This document shows, in pieces, positions 41,873-51,127 of a DNA stretch of 64,000 nucleotides (positions are counted from its first letter, which is position 1; the number at the start of each line of letters is the position of its first letter). Under the pieces are notes generated by a model, which was given only the letters and a program-made list of their open reading frames with translations, did not search any database and had not been told where the DNA came from. The stretch comes from Desulforegulaceae bacterium (GTDB taxonomy: Bacteria; Desulfobacterota; Desulfobacteria; Desulfobacterales; JACKCP01), in the NCBI GenBank assembly GCA_034007295.1, contig JAVERC010000014.1, forward strand, positions 2,732 through 66,731. The letters are read 5' to 3'. Both the position numbers and the translations under genes were made by a program.

Positions 41873-43511
41873 AAATTTTTTTAAAATTTTCAAATTGTCT
41901 TTTGCTCACTCTGTGGAAGCTGTCAAAATCTCCATTTAATTCAAGACCTGGTATAATTGTTTTGAAAACAGGGATTTCAAGTGAAGATTGTGTAAGGTCA
42001 GAATAAATTATTCTGATTTTATTTTTAATAAAATATCTTTCTAAAAGCTCAAGGTTTTGTTTTATTGAATTGCTTGAGTAGTCAGGGAGATCTTCAAAAT
42101 AAATTTCCTTTAAAGGATATGTAATTTTTTTTGAGGGATAATTATTTAAAGTTGGATAAGGTACTTCAAATAAAGCATCAATTAAGGCTTTTTTACCGTT
42201 TAAGTCTGCACTGCATCCTTTATAAATAAGGTTGTCAATTCCATATACAAATGCTTTGTAACAAGGTATTTTTGATTCGTTTTTTATAAATTGAAAAAAG
42301 AAATCAATTCCTCTTGATCTGTAAAATTCCAATAAGGAATTAATTTGATCTGACTTTGATTTGAGTTTAAAGCAATTTTCTAGTTCAAAAGGAGATGTAA
42401 ACTCACAGTCTCTTTCAATTGCTTCAAGAATTCCTGCAAGTTTTGCTCTTTCGATTGTATCTCCGGCTGCAAGACCTGTTGAATCAAGTGATGAAAAAAG
42501 ATCAGGTTCGTCAAGGTTTAAAAATAAAAATGAGGCCTGGGCAGGGATATAAATATCATTTTGTTTTTCTTTGGAACTAACCTCTAAGGCTTTGATCCAG
42601 TAAAGAGGATAATCTGAATATGGAACTTCAAGCCTTAAATCGTTTGGGTCAAGCATGTTTAATCCATTTTTAATACCTTCAGACATCCTGAGTTTTATAA
42701 GCTCAGGGGAAAATCTTTTATCAGCTATTCTCATATCTTCTACTGAAATAAATGACGCTCTTCTTTCACACATTTCCATAAGGCATGAAATTCTTGCTTT
42801 TTCAAGATCAAAACCTTTGCCATAGCTTGTTTGAACTCCCTGGAAAGAAAAATCGGCTTTTTTTGTTTTGATTTTTGTTTTCATATACCATTTTCTTAAA
42901 ATTCCATGGGGGGAAAGTGTATTGAAATGCCTCATTTCATTTCCAGGGGAGATGCTTAAAGAATTGAATTTTGATAAAACTTCTTCAAAAAAAACTGAAT
43001 TTTTTTCATCTTGAAAATCAGATTTTTTATCTAAAGGAATAACTATTTTATCAATGGGAAATTCAAAAAATATTTTGTCATCTTCAAAGGAAAAGTCCGG
43101 ACATTTTTCATTTATCAGCAAATGGTCCCGGGTATTTTTTTTTATGCAGGAAGAAAAAAAATTGTGTTCCTTAGTATTTGTTAAATCAAGGGTTCTCAAA
43201 TAAATCAGGGGTGAGTATTCCTTAAGTTCTAACTCAGAAGATTCTTTTTTTTGGTTGAGAAAAAGCAGTTCCGCTCCAAAGGATTTTATTTCAGGGGATT
43301 TTGATTCTAAAAAATTTTCAATGAGGTTTTTTTGGTTTTCTTTGTCAGTTTTTAAAAAAAGGGAAATAAGGTGATTTCTCATAAAAGAATCGAATTTATT
43401 TTCCAAAAGATGAATAAGTCCTTTTTCAATTGTGTCTATTTTTTCTGGTACAGGTGCAAAATAGCCAATGGAAAGCAAAGTATCTTGAAGTTTTAATTTG
43501 TATTCAATCAT
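41859..43511 (-). CDS. YcaO-domain protein with an unassigned ~200-aa N-terminal region
   Basis: YcaO hallmarks SCLMEMCERRASF and STGLAAGDTIERAKLAGILEAIERDCEF, 550 aa. Confidence 0.75.
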   Translation of the reverse strand: MIEYKLKLQDTLLSIGYFAPVPEKIDTIEKGLIHLLENKFDSFMRNHLISLFLKTDKENQKNLIENFLESKSPEIKSFGAELLFLNQKKESSELELKEYSPLIYLRTLDLTNTKEHNFFSSCIKKNTRDHLLINEKCPDFSFEDDKIFFEFPIDKIVIPLDKKSDFQDEKNSVFFEEVLSKFNSLSISPGNEMRHFNTLSPHGILRKWYMKTKIKTKKADFSFQGVQTSYGKGFDLEKARISCLMEMCERRASFISVEDMRIADKRFSPELIKLRMSEGIKNGLNMLDPNDLRLEVPYSDYPLYWIKALEVSSKEKQNDIYIPAQASFLFLNLDEPDLFSSLDSTGLAAGDTIERAKLAGILEAIERDCEFTSPFELENCFKLKSKSDQINSLLEFYRSRGIDFFFQFIKNESKIPCYKAFVYGIDNLIYKGCSADLNGKKALIDALFEVPYPTLNNYPSKKITYPLKEIYFEDLPDYSSNSIKQNLELLERYFIKNKIRIIYSDLTQSSLEIPVFKTIIPGLELNGDFDSFHRVSKRQFENFKKIFTLH

Positions 43512-43512
43512 C

Positions 43513-43851
43513 TTAAATCACCAGTTTTATAATCAACGAAAAAATTGTCAGGGGAATAAATCCAAGAACAAGTGCTGCTATTAACAAAGGTTTGTTTTTT
43601 AATTGGGTTTTTATCATTGCCTTGATTGTTCCCAAATTTAAAAAAAGATGAAAAAATAACACAATTATAAAGCTCAAGCCAAAGAAAAAATGTATATCTT
43701 TCCAGCCATGCCTGCTTAATCCAAGAAAAAATGAGTTTTGTCCTTTTCCATAGGGAATAACAAAATAAAGAAGAAAACCTGTAAAAAAAAGGGTTGAAAA
43801 CAAAAGATACATTGTAAAATCAGTAAAAAATTTTAATTTGTTTTGTTTCAT
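43513..43851 (-). CDS. Small polytopic membrane protein, DUF4405-like
   Basis: 112 aa, four predicted TMs, conserved-looking His residues (SRHGWKDIHFFFG ... FFHLFLN). Stop lies 1 nt from the YcaO start. Confidence 0.6.
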   Translation of the reverse strand: MKQNKLKFFTDFTMYLLFSTLFFTGFLLYFVIPYGKGQNSFFLGLSRHGWKDIHFFFGLSFIIVLFFHLFLNLGTIKAMIKTQLKNKPLLIAALVLGFIPLTIFSLIIKLVI

Positions 43852-43968
43852 TTTTTTTGCCTCTTTTTTTAATGAGTGAACGCTGTTTTTTAAAAGCTGT
43901 TTTTAAAAAACTGAAAAAATTTTTCCAAGATTTGTATTGTTTCTTTTTATTAATTTTACTATCTTTTC

Positions 43969-43998
43969 TTGACAGAAAATATCATGTTTCCTATAAAT
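43969..43998 (+). promoter_or_regulatory. Candidate sigma-70 promoter for the dsrT-like/dsrMKJOP operon
   Basis: TTGACA-17 nt-TATAAAT, ~50 nt upstream of ATG 44050. Confidence 0.5.
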
Positions 43999-44049
43999 CG
44001 CAAGTTTAGAGGGCAAATTTAATTAATTATTCAGGGGTATCTGAAAATA

Positions 44050-44619
44050 ATGACAAAGCTTGAAAAAGATGCACAATCAATGCATTCAAAAATTGCTGCA
44101 ATGTGGTTTGATGCTGTTTTAGCATCATATCCGTATGATAAAAACAAATTTCTTGCCACAAAAGACGATGTTTTTATGAATCCAGTTGGTGTAAATATCA
44201 GGGAATCAATAAAAATTCTTCTCACCGAAGTTTTAAACACAAAGCCGGATTACGACAAGATAAGTGAACTTCTTGACCCTATAATGAGAATAGGTGCTGT
44301 CCAGGATTTTGGGCCGGGCAAGGCTTGTGCCTTTCTTTTTTCCCTTAAGGAAATTTTAAGAAAAGAAGTAAAGGATAAATCAAAAGGTTTTTATGAAGAG
44401 CTTGATCAGCTGTCCAAAAAACTTGATATGGCAGCTCTTGTGGGCTTTGAAAAATATATGGAGTGCAGAGAAAAAATATTTGAACTAAAGGCAAGACATG
44501 TTAAGGAAAGAACATTAAATATTTTAAGAGTTCATAATATTCTTGCAGAAGTTGAAGAAGTTGGAACAGAAATTATTACCCATGAAGTTTTTAAACAAGG
44601 TGGTTTTGAACAGCAGTAA
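44050..44619 (+). CDS. dsrT: Cytoplasmic protein in the dsrT position (RsbRD-N-terminal-domain-like)
   Basis: 189-aa soluble ORF immediately upstream of dsrM. Assignment rests on gene context and recollection of dsrT-dsrMKJOP synteny. Confidence 0.45.
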   Translation: MTKLEKDAQSMHSKIAAMWFDAVLASYPYDKNKFLATKDDVFMNPVGVNIRESIKILLTEVLNTKPDYDKISELLDPIMRIGAVQDFGPGKACAFLFSLKEILRKEVKDKSKGFYEELDQLSKKLDMAALVGFEKYMECREKIFELKARHVKERTLNILRVHNILAEVEEVGTEIITHEVFKQGGFEQQ

Positions 44620-44655
44620 TGCTGTTTTTTTATAAATTAAGGATAGGATAGGGTT

Positions 44656-44710
44656 GGTATCTGAAAAAGAATTTTAAAATTTAAGGATGACAATAATTTT
44701 TTCAGATGCC
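44656..44710 (+). promoter_or_regulatory. 13-bp stem hairpin in the dsrT-like/dsrM intergenic region
   Basis: GGTATCTGAAAAA-29 nt-TTTTTCAGATGCC (one G-U pair). No T-tract follows. Confidence 0.45.
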
Positions 44711-44757
44711 GGGGAGTTAAGTTTAATTTTGCTGCCAAAAAGAGAGGTGTAAAGGCA

Positions 44758-45753
44758 ATGTGGAAAGAACATCTGGGCTTCTCAACGGCGGTGGTGGCTG
44801 TTCTAGCGTTACTTGCATATACTGCAGGACCTGGAATGACCTGGTTTTTTGGGGTCTTTGTACCCTACGCCGCACTATTGGTTTTTTTGATTGGAGTCGC
44901 ATTTAAGTTATTTGACTGGGTTAAGTCTCCGGTTCCGTTTCGTATTCCTACAACATGCGGACAGGAAAAATCTTTTCCCTGGATCAAGCATGCAAAGTTC
45001 GATAACCCATCAGATACAAAGGGTGTTATCGTAAGAATGCTGCTTGAAGTTTTGCTTTTCAGATCTTTGTTTAGAAATACAAAGAACGAGATCAGAGAAG
45101 GCAGGCTATCATTTAATCTTGAAATCTGGCTCTGGCTGTTTGCGTTAATTTTTCATTATTCATTTTTAGCAGTGCTTGTAAGGCATTTGAGATTTTTTCT
45201 TGAGCCTGTACCTGCTGCAATAAGTTTCCTTGAAACAATCGACGGAATTCTTCAGATAGGTCTTCCTGTTGTACTGCTTTCAGGATTCACACTTCTTGCA
45301 GGGGTTTTGTTTCTTTTTGTAAGAAGGCTTTTGATCCCTCAGATGAGATATATCTCACTTGCAGCTGATTATTTTCCTCTTCTTGTAATTGGAGTTATTG
45401 CTTTTACAGGAATCTGGATGAGGTATTTCGGCAAGATGGATATTACTGCTGTCAAGGAATTTACCATGGGGCTTGCAACATTTCATCCTGCATCTCTTCC
45501 AGAGACTGTAGGCGGTGTTTTTTATGTCCATATATTCTTTGTAAGCGTTCTTTTCATGTATTTTCCATTCAGTAAGCTTATGCATGCTGGCGGAGTATTT
45601 TTGAACCCAACCAGGAACCTTGCAAATAATAACCGTGCAAAAAGACATATTAACCCGTGGAATCCCGATTTAAAGTTTGTAACTTATGAGGACTACGAAA
45701 ATGCGTTCCGGGAAAAAATGATTGAAGCCGGACTTCCTGTAGAAAAGGAGTAG
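44758..45753 (+). CDS. dsrM: DsrM, membrane dihaem b subunit (NarI-like)
   Basis: Polytopic 331-aa protein first in an M-K-J-O-P series. Confidence 0.85.
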   Translation: MWKEHLGFSTAVVAVLALLAYTAGPGMTWFFGVFVPYAALLVFLIGVAFKLFDWVKSPVPFRIPTTCGQEKSFPWIKHAKFDNPSDTKGVIVRMLLEVLLFRSLFRNTKNEIREGRLSFNLEIWLWLFALIFHYSFLAVLVRHLRFFLEPVPAAISFLETIDGILQIGLPVVLLSGFTLLAGVLFLFVRRLLIPQMRYISLAADYFPLLVIGVIAFTGIWMRYFGKMDITAVKEFTMGLATFHPASLPETVGGVFYVHIFFVSVLFMYFPFSKLMHAGGVFLNPTRNLANNNRAKRHINPWNPDLKFVTYEDYENAFREKMIEAGLPVEKE

Positions 45754-45756
45754 GAA

Positions 45757-47370
45757 ATGGTAGATATTCCAAAACCTGAAGAGCTGATTCAAGTTGACAG
45801 GTCCATTCCTGGGAAATCATGGATGGATGTGCCTGTTGAATTTACAGAAGGCAGCTTCTGTTATCCGGCAAAGCCTAAAAATCTTGAATATTTAGGTCTT
45901 CCCAACCCAAGGGAATGGTCTCCTGCCGATGATGACTGGAAGCTTCCGCCAAATTGGAAAGAAATTGTGTATGATGGATTCAGGGAAAGACTTGATAAGT
46001 ACCGTACCCTGAAAGTAATGATGGATGTCTGTGTAAGATGCGGAGCTTGTGCTGATAAGTGTCACTTTTTTATAGGTTCAGGTGACCCAAAGAATATGCC
46101 TGTTTTAAGGGCAGAGCTTTTAAGATCCGTTTATAGAAAAGATTTTACAACTGCCGGAAAAATTCTTGGTAAATTTTCCGGAGCAAGAGAACTTACACCT
46201 GCGGTAATTAAAGAATGGTTCTCTTATTTTTATCAGTGTACAGAATGCCGCCGTTGTTCAGTTTATTGTCCTTATGGAATTGATACAGCTGAAATTACAA
46301 TGATGGGAAGGGAGCTTTTAAACCTCCTTGGCATAAATATCAACTGGATTAAAGAACCTGTTGCAAACTGTTCCAAAACAGGAAACCATCTTGGTATTCA
46401 GCCCCAGAACTTTAAGGAAATTATTGAATTTTTCTGTGATGATATAGAAGAAATTACAGGCAGAAAAATTAACCCAAGTTTTAACCGCAAGGGTGCAGAA
46501 ATTCTTTTTGTAACACCTTCAGGTGATGCTTTTGCAGATCCAGGTACATATACTTTTATGGGTTATCTTATGCTGTTTGAAGCAATCGGGCTTGACTATA
46601 CTTTAAGCACCTATGCTTCTGAAGGCGGTAACTTTGGTCTTTTCTCATCTTCTGACTTGATGAAAAAGCTCAATGCAAAAATGTATCATGAAGCAGAAAG
46701 ACTTGGAGTTAAATATATTCTTGGCGGTGAATGCGGTCATATGTGGAGGGTTGTAAACCAGTATATGAGCACAATGAACGGCCCTGCAGATTTTCTAGAG
46801 GTTCCTGTAAACCCGATCACTGGAACTGTTTTTGAAAATGCAAGATCTACCAAAATGGTTCATATTGCAGAATTTACAGCAGACCTTATAAAACACAATA
46901 AATTAAAGCTTGATCCTTCAAGAAACGATCATTTAAAGGTTACTTATCATGATTCATGCAACCCTGCCAGAGCAATGGGACTTCTTGATGAGCCAAGATA
47001 TGTGCTTAAAAATGTATGTAACAATTTTTATGAAATGCCTGAAAACACAATAAGAGAGCAGACATTCTGCTGCGGCAGCGGATCAGGACTTAATACTGAA
47101 GAAATTATGGAACTTCGTATGAGAGGCGGTTTCCCAAGAGCCAATGCTGTTAAACATGTTCATGATAAATATGGCGTTAACATGCTTGCATGCATCTGTG
47201 CCATAGATAGAGCTGCTCTTCCTCCCCTAATGGATTATTGGGTACCAGGAGTTGGTGTAACAGGACTTCATGAGCTTGTTGGTAATGCTATAGTTTTTGA
47301 CAATGAAATTCCAAGGGAAACTAACCTGCGTTTTGAACCTTTAGGAAATGCGGAGGGTGATGATGAGTGA
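45757..47370 (+). CDS. dsrK: DsrK, HdrD-like catalytic Fe-S subunit
   Basis: CVRCGACADKCH and CTECRRCSVYCPYG ferredoxin motifs plus CCG-domain cysteines (FCCGSGSG), 537 aa. Confidence 0.9.
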   Translation: MVDIPKPEELIQVDRSIPGKSWMDVPVEFTEGSFCYPAKPKNLEYLGLPNPREWSPADDDWKLPPNWKEIVYDGFRERLDKYRTLKVMMDVCVRCGACADKCHFFIGSGDPKNMPVLRAELLRSVYRKDFTTAGKILGKFSGARELTPAVIKEWFSYFYQCTECRRCSVYCPYGIDTAEITMMGRELLNLLGININWIKEPVANCSKTGNHLGIQPQNFKEIIEFFCDDIEEITGRKINPSFNRKGAEILFVTPSGDAFADPGTYTFMGYLMLFEAIGLDYTLSTYASEGGNFGLFSSSDLMKKLNAKMYHEAERLGVKYILGGECGHMWRVVNQYMSTMNGPADFLEVPVNPITGTVFENARSTKMVHIAEFTADLIKHNKLKLDPSRNDHLKVTYHDSCNPARAMGLLDEPRYVLKNVCNNFYEMPENTIREQTFCCGSGSGLNTEEIMELRMRGGFPRANAVKHVHDKYGVNMLACICAIDRAALPPLMDYWVPGVGVTGLHELVGNAIVFDNEIPRETNLRFEPLGNAEGDDE

Positions 47371-47755
47371 TAAGATCAAAGTCCTGGCCGGATTTATAAT
47401 ATTTGCAGGAATTATAAGCATTCCGTTCTGGATTAGTGCCGGCAAAATGAAGCCTGCTCCAGACCCTGTTCTTTCTGAAGCAGCACAAAAGGCAGGTTCC
47501 TGCATAGAAGAAAATATGGCAGCAAATCATATGCAGATTCTTGATATTTTCAGAGATACAGTTGTTAGAAACGGAGAACGAATTTATACAAATAAAAAGG
47601 GCGAAAAGTTCAAGATGAGCCTTTCAACCGGTAGTGATTCCTGTCTTGGCTGCCATGAATCAAAGGCAGATTTCTGTGACAAGTGTCATGATTATGCTGG
47701 AGTAAAAGATCCTTTTTGCTGGGAATGCCATATTGATCCAAAGGAGAATAAGTGA
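47348..47755 (+). CDS. dsrJ: DsrJ, periplasmic trihaem cytochrome c
   Basis: Three CxxCH motifs (CLGCH, CDKCH, CWECH) and an N-terminal anchor. True start is probably ATG 47363, 5 nt after GGAGGG. Confidence 0.85.
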   Translation: MRRVMMSDKIKVLAGFIIFAGIISIPFWISAGKMKPAPDPVLSEAAQKAGSCIEENMAANHMQILDIFRDTVVRNGERIYTNKKGEKFKMSLSTGSDSCLGCHESKADFCDKCHDYAGVKDPFCWECHIDPKENK

Positions 47756-48558
47756 TGAAGAAAAGCAGAAGACGCTTTTTGAAAATTGCCGGTGTTTCTG
47801 CTCTGGGTCTTGGAGCAGGATCAGCAGTCAATGTTTTTGCATCGGCAGTTGTTAAAAAAGAAGAAAATAATAAAAAGGCTTCAGAAAATTCGCAGTTTGA
47901 AAAAATGCCAAATGCTCTTACAGCCAAAAGATGGGCTATTGTAATTGACACAAGAAAGCTCAATGACAAAAGAGTAGAAAAGATTCAGAATGCCTGTCAT
48001 CTGAACCATAACGTACCTGCAATTCCTGAAGAGAAAAAAGAAATTAAATGGATTTGGACAGATAAATTCCATAATGTATTCCCTGATAAGGAAAATGAAT
48101 ATCTGGCCGAAAAACTTGAACATCTAAATATTTTAACTCTTTGCAACCATTGCGATAATCCACCATGCGTTCAGGCATGTCCTACAAAAGCGACATTCCA
48201 GCGTGAAGACGGAATAGTTATGATGGATTACCACCGCTGCATAGGATGCCGTTTTTGTATGGCTGCATGTCCTTATGGTTCAAGAAGTTTTAACTTTTTC
48301 AATCCAAGACCTCATCTTGAGAATGTAAACCCTGATTTTCCAACAAGACAAAAGGGTGTGGTTGAAAAGTGTAATCTGTGTGCAGAAAGGCTTGCACAGG
48401 GCAAAGCACCATATTGTGTTGAGGCTTCTGACGGTGCAATTGCTTTTGGTGATCTAGAAGATCCAAAATCAGATGTTCGCAGGCTATTGAAATCCAATTT
48501 TACAATCAGACGCAGACCAAGTCTTGGAACAGGTCCCTGTGTCTACTACATAGTGTAG
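47752..48558 (+). CDS. dsrO: DsrO, Tat-exported ferredoxin-like subunit
   Basis: Tat signal SRRRFLKIAGVSALGLG. Fe-S motifs CNHCDNPPCVQACP, CIGCRFCMAACP, CNLCAERL. Confidence 0.9.
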   Translation: MMKKSRRRFLKIAGVSALGLGAGSAVNVFASAVVKKEENNKKASENSQFEKMPNALTAKRWAIVIDTRKLNDKRVEKIQNACHLNHNVPAIPEEKKEIKWIWTDKFHNVFPDKENEYLAEKLEHLNILTLCNHCDNPPCVQACPTKATFQREDGIVMMDYHRCIGCRFCMAACPYGSRSFNFFNPRPHLENVNPDFPTRQKGVVEKCNLCAERLAQGKAPYCVEASDGAIAFGDLEDPKSDVRRLLKSNFTIRRRPSLGTGPCVYYIV

Positions 48559-48568
48559 AGGTGGTATC

Positions 48569-49726
48569 ATGCTGGATAAAGCACTTAGTGGAAGTAAAAA
48601 ATACGGAATCTGGATAGGCTTTCTCCTGCTTCTTATAGGAGGAGGTTTTATAGCTTACCTGCAGCAGCTGAATGTCGGTCTTGGAATCACAGGCATGAGC
48701 CGTGATGTATCCTGGGGTTTTTACATTGCCCAGTTTACTTTCCTTGTCGGAGTTGCAGCAGGTGGTGTTATGGTTGTTCTTCCATATTATATCCATGATT
48801 ACAAAGCGTTTGGAAGAATTACAGTTCTTGGAGAATTCCTTGCAATAGGTGCTCTTATTATGTGCCTTTTGTTTATTATTGTTGACCTTGGATATCCTTC
48901 AAGACTTTTTAACGTAATTATTCATTTCAGCCCTGATTCAATGCTGTTCTGGGATATGATTGTTCTAAACGGATATCTTTTCCTTAATGTTGTTGTTGGA
49001 TGGAATGTTCTTGAAGCTGAAAGAAATGGCGTATCCTATAAAAAATGGGTTAAGTTTCTTGCCTATTTTTCAATTCCATGGGCAGTTGGAATTCACACAG
49101 TAACAGCTTTTCTTTACTGCGGTCTTCCAGGAAGAGGCTACTGGCTTACAGCAATTCTTGCACCAAGATTTCTTGCATCAGCTTTTGCTGCAGGGCCTGC
49201 TCTTCTTATAATTCTTGCTCTTATAGTACAGAAAACAACAAAGTTTGATCCAGGCGACAAGGCAATAGATACTCTTTCAAAAATTGTATGCTATGCACTT
49301 ATTGCCAATGTTTTCTTTTTCCTTTGTGAAGTTTTTGTAACATTTTACAGCCAGAATCCTCACCATATGGAAACATTCCAGTTCCTTTTCCAAGGTGTTC
49401 ATGGACATGACAATCTTGTTCCGTGGATGTGGGGTTCAATGTTTTTGATGGGATTTGGAATTTTGTTTCTTGTTATTCCAAAGCTTAGAAAAAATCGTTT
49501 CCTTCTTCCAATTACCTGCGTGATGATTTTTGTAGGTACCTGGATTGATAAAGGTATGGGACTTATCACAGGTGGTTTTAACCCAACACCTCTGAATCAC
49601 ATTACCGAGTATGCACCAACAGGACTTGAAATAATGATTACCATAGGCGTTTATGCAATTGGTCTTTTACTTATTACAGTTCTTTTCAAAATGGCTGCAG
49701 CAATCAAGGAAGAAGTCGGAGCATAG
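48569..49726 (+). CDS. dsrP: DsrP, NrfD-family integral membrane subunit
   Basis: ~10-TM 385-aa protein ending the dsrMKJOP series. Confidence 0.85.
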   Translation: MLDKALSGSKKYGIWIGFLLLLIGGGFIAYLQQLNVGLGITGMSRDVSWGFYIAQFTFLVGVAAGGVMVVLPYYIHDYKAFGRITVLGEFLAIGALIMCLLFIIVDLGYPSRLFNVIIHFSPDSMLFWDMIVLNGYLFLNVVVGWNVLEAERNGVSYKKWVKFLAYFSIPWAVGIHTVTAFLYCGLPGRGYWLTAILAPRFLASAFAAGPALLIILALIVQKTTKFDPGDKAIDTLSKIVCYALIANVFFFLCEVFVTFYSQNPHHMETFQFLFQGVHGHDNLVPWMWGSMFLMGFGILFLVIPKLRKNRFLLPITCVMIFVGTWIDKGMGLITGGFNPTPLNHITEYAPTGLEIMITIGVYAIGLLLITVLFKMAAAIKEEVGA

Positions 49727-49754
49727 AAGTTATTAGGTATTAAAAATGAGTTTT

Positions 49755-49783
49755 AAGGCGTCTGATTTTCAGACGCCTTTTTC
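49755..49783 (+). terminator. dsrP terminator
   Basis: AAGGCGTCTG-atttt-CAGACGCCTT then TTTT. Confidence 0.75.
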
Positions 49784-49790
49784 ATTTGAA

Positions 49791-50621
49791 TTAGAAAGTA
49801 TATGGCATGCCAAGCCTTATAAAACCGTGATTAACATTTTTTGCTGAAGCAAGTCTTACCTGAGCAAAACTTCCTGTGCAATGTCCTGTTATAAGATTTT
49901 CAATCTCAAAATCATTTAGTTTGTCAATTATAAGATCCATTTTTTTATCATCTGCACCGCCAAGATGAAGGCCTCCCATTACAGTATGAAATTTTTTTGA
50001 ACCTGTAAGTTTTGAAACATGGGTCAGGGTATTTATTATTCCCCTGTGTGTGCAGCCAAGAATTAAAACAATACCTTTATCTGTTTCAATTACAATTCCA
50101 AGATCATCTGGTACTGTATCTTTAATTTTTTTGCCTTCTCTTTCAGAATAAAAGTGCTGCTCTACAATTTCAAAATCATTTGAAAATTCAACTTCACCTA
50201 TTGTAGTAATATTGTTTGATACTTTTTGTGGTTTTTCTGAAAGATGAAGTCTTACTCCTTTACTTTCAAGGAATTCCTTTGAAAAACGGCATCCGATGTC
50301 AAGAAAGTTTATTTCATCAAACGATGCAAGTTTTGGAAGAAAGCATGCAGGATGTCCATAAAGATCAAAATCAGTAGTTTCAGCAATTGTTCCAAGTGCT
50401 CCTGTGTGGTCATAATGGCCGTGGCTTAGAACAATTTTTTCTATTTTTGAAATGTCTTTTCCAAGAACTTTCATATTGTTTTCAAATGCAAGTCCCTGCC
50501 CTGTATCAAAAAGAATTGTTTCATTATTGTTATCAATTAAAAAAGAAAGTCCGTGTTCGCCTAAAAGGCCCATACCGGTTGGAGTGGTGTTTTCAACAAC
50601 AGGTGTGATTATTGTGCTCAT
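49791..50621 (-). CDS. MBL-fold metallo-hydrolase (COG1237-like)
   Basis: EHGLSFLI ... ILFDTG ... VLSHGHYDHTGAL, 276 aa. Confidence 0.8.
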   Translation of the reverse strand: MSTIITPVVENTTPTGMGLLGEHGLSFLIDNNNETILFDTGQGLAFENNMKVLGKDISKIEKIVLSHGHYDHTGALGTIAETTDFDLYGHPACFLPKLASFDEINFLDIGCRFSKEFLESKGVRLHLSEKPQKVSNNITTIGEVEFSNDFEIVEQHFYSEREGKKIKDTVPDDLGIVIETDKGIVLILGCTHRGIINTLTHVSKLTGSKKFHTVMGGLHLGGADDKKMDLIIDKLNDFEIENLITGHCTGSFAQVRLASAKNVNHGFIRLGMPYTF

Positions 50622-50728
50622 TTTTTATCTCCAGAATTTAAAAACCTGAACTGAACAAATCATAGTTATTAAAACAATGGATTTTTTGTTTATAAAACTA
50701 AAAAACTGTTCAATTCAGGTAAATAGGG

Positions 50729-51112
50729 TTAAATAGCATTAAGACATTCTTCTCTTTTTTTGCCGGAATGCCCTTGTGAATTTGGTTTAGCAGCTTTATT
50801 AAAAACTCCGTTTTTATACTGCTGAACAACATCTATAACTCTGCCCCCTCCATTAAGGACAATGTCTATTCCTGCTTCTTTTAAAACACGAAAAGCTTTG
50901 GGGCCCATATTGCCTGTGATTACTAGCTCTGCACCGGCATCAATTACAAGTTTAGCAGCATTAACGCCTGCTCCCTGTTCGGATTCAATGTTTTTTATAA
51001 CTTCGAATTCAAGCGATTCAGGAGTTATTACAAGAAAGTATGCACATCTTCCAAATCTATCATCAATTTTTGATGTAAGCTGGGTTCCCTGTGAACTTAC
51101 TGCAATTTTCAT
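50729..51112 (-). CDS. NifX/NifB-C-terminal-like (dinitrogenase FeMo-cofactor-binding fold) protein
   Basis: MKIAVSS ... DDRFGRCAYFLV ... LVITGNMGPKAFRVLKEAGI, 127 aa. Confidence 0.8.
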   Translation of the reverse strand: MKIAVSSQGTQLTSKIDDRFGRCAYFLVITPESLEFEVIKNIESEQGAGVNAAKLVIDAGAELVITGNMGPKAFRVLKEAGIDIVLNGGGRVIDVVQQYKNGVFNKAAKPNSQGHSGKKREECLNAI

Positions 51113-51127
51113 TTTTTTACCTCTGAT

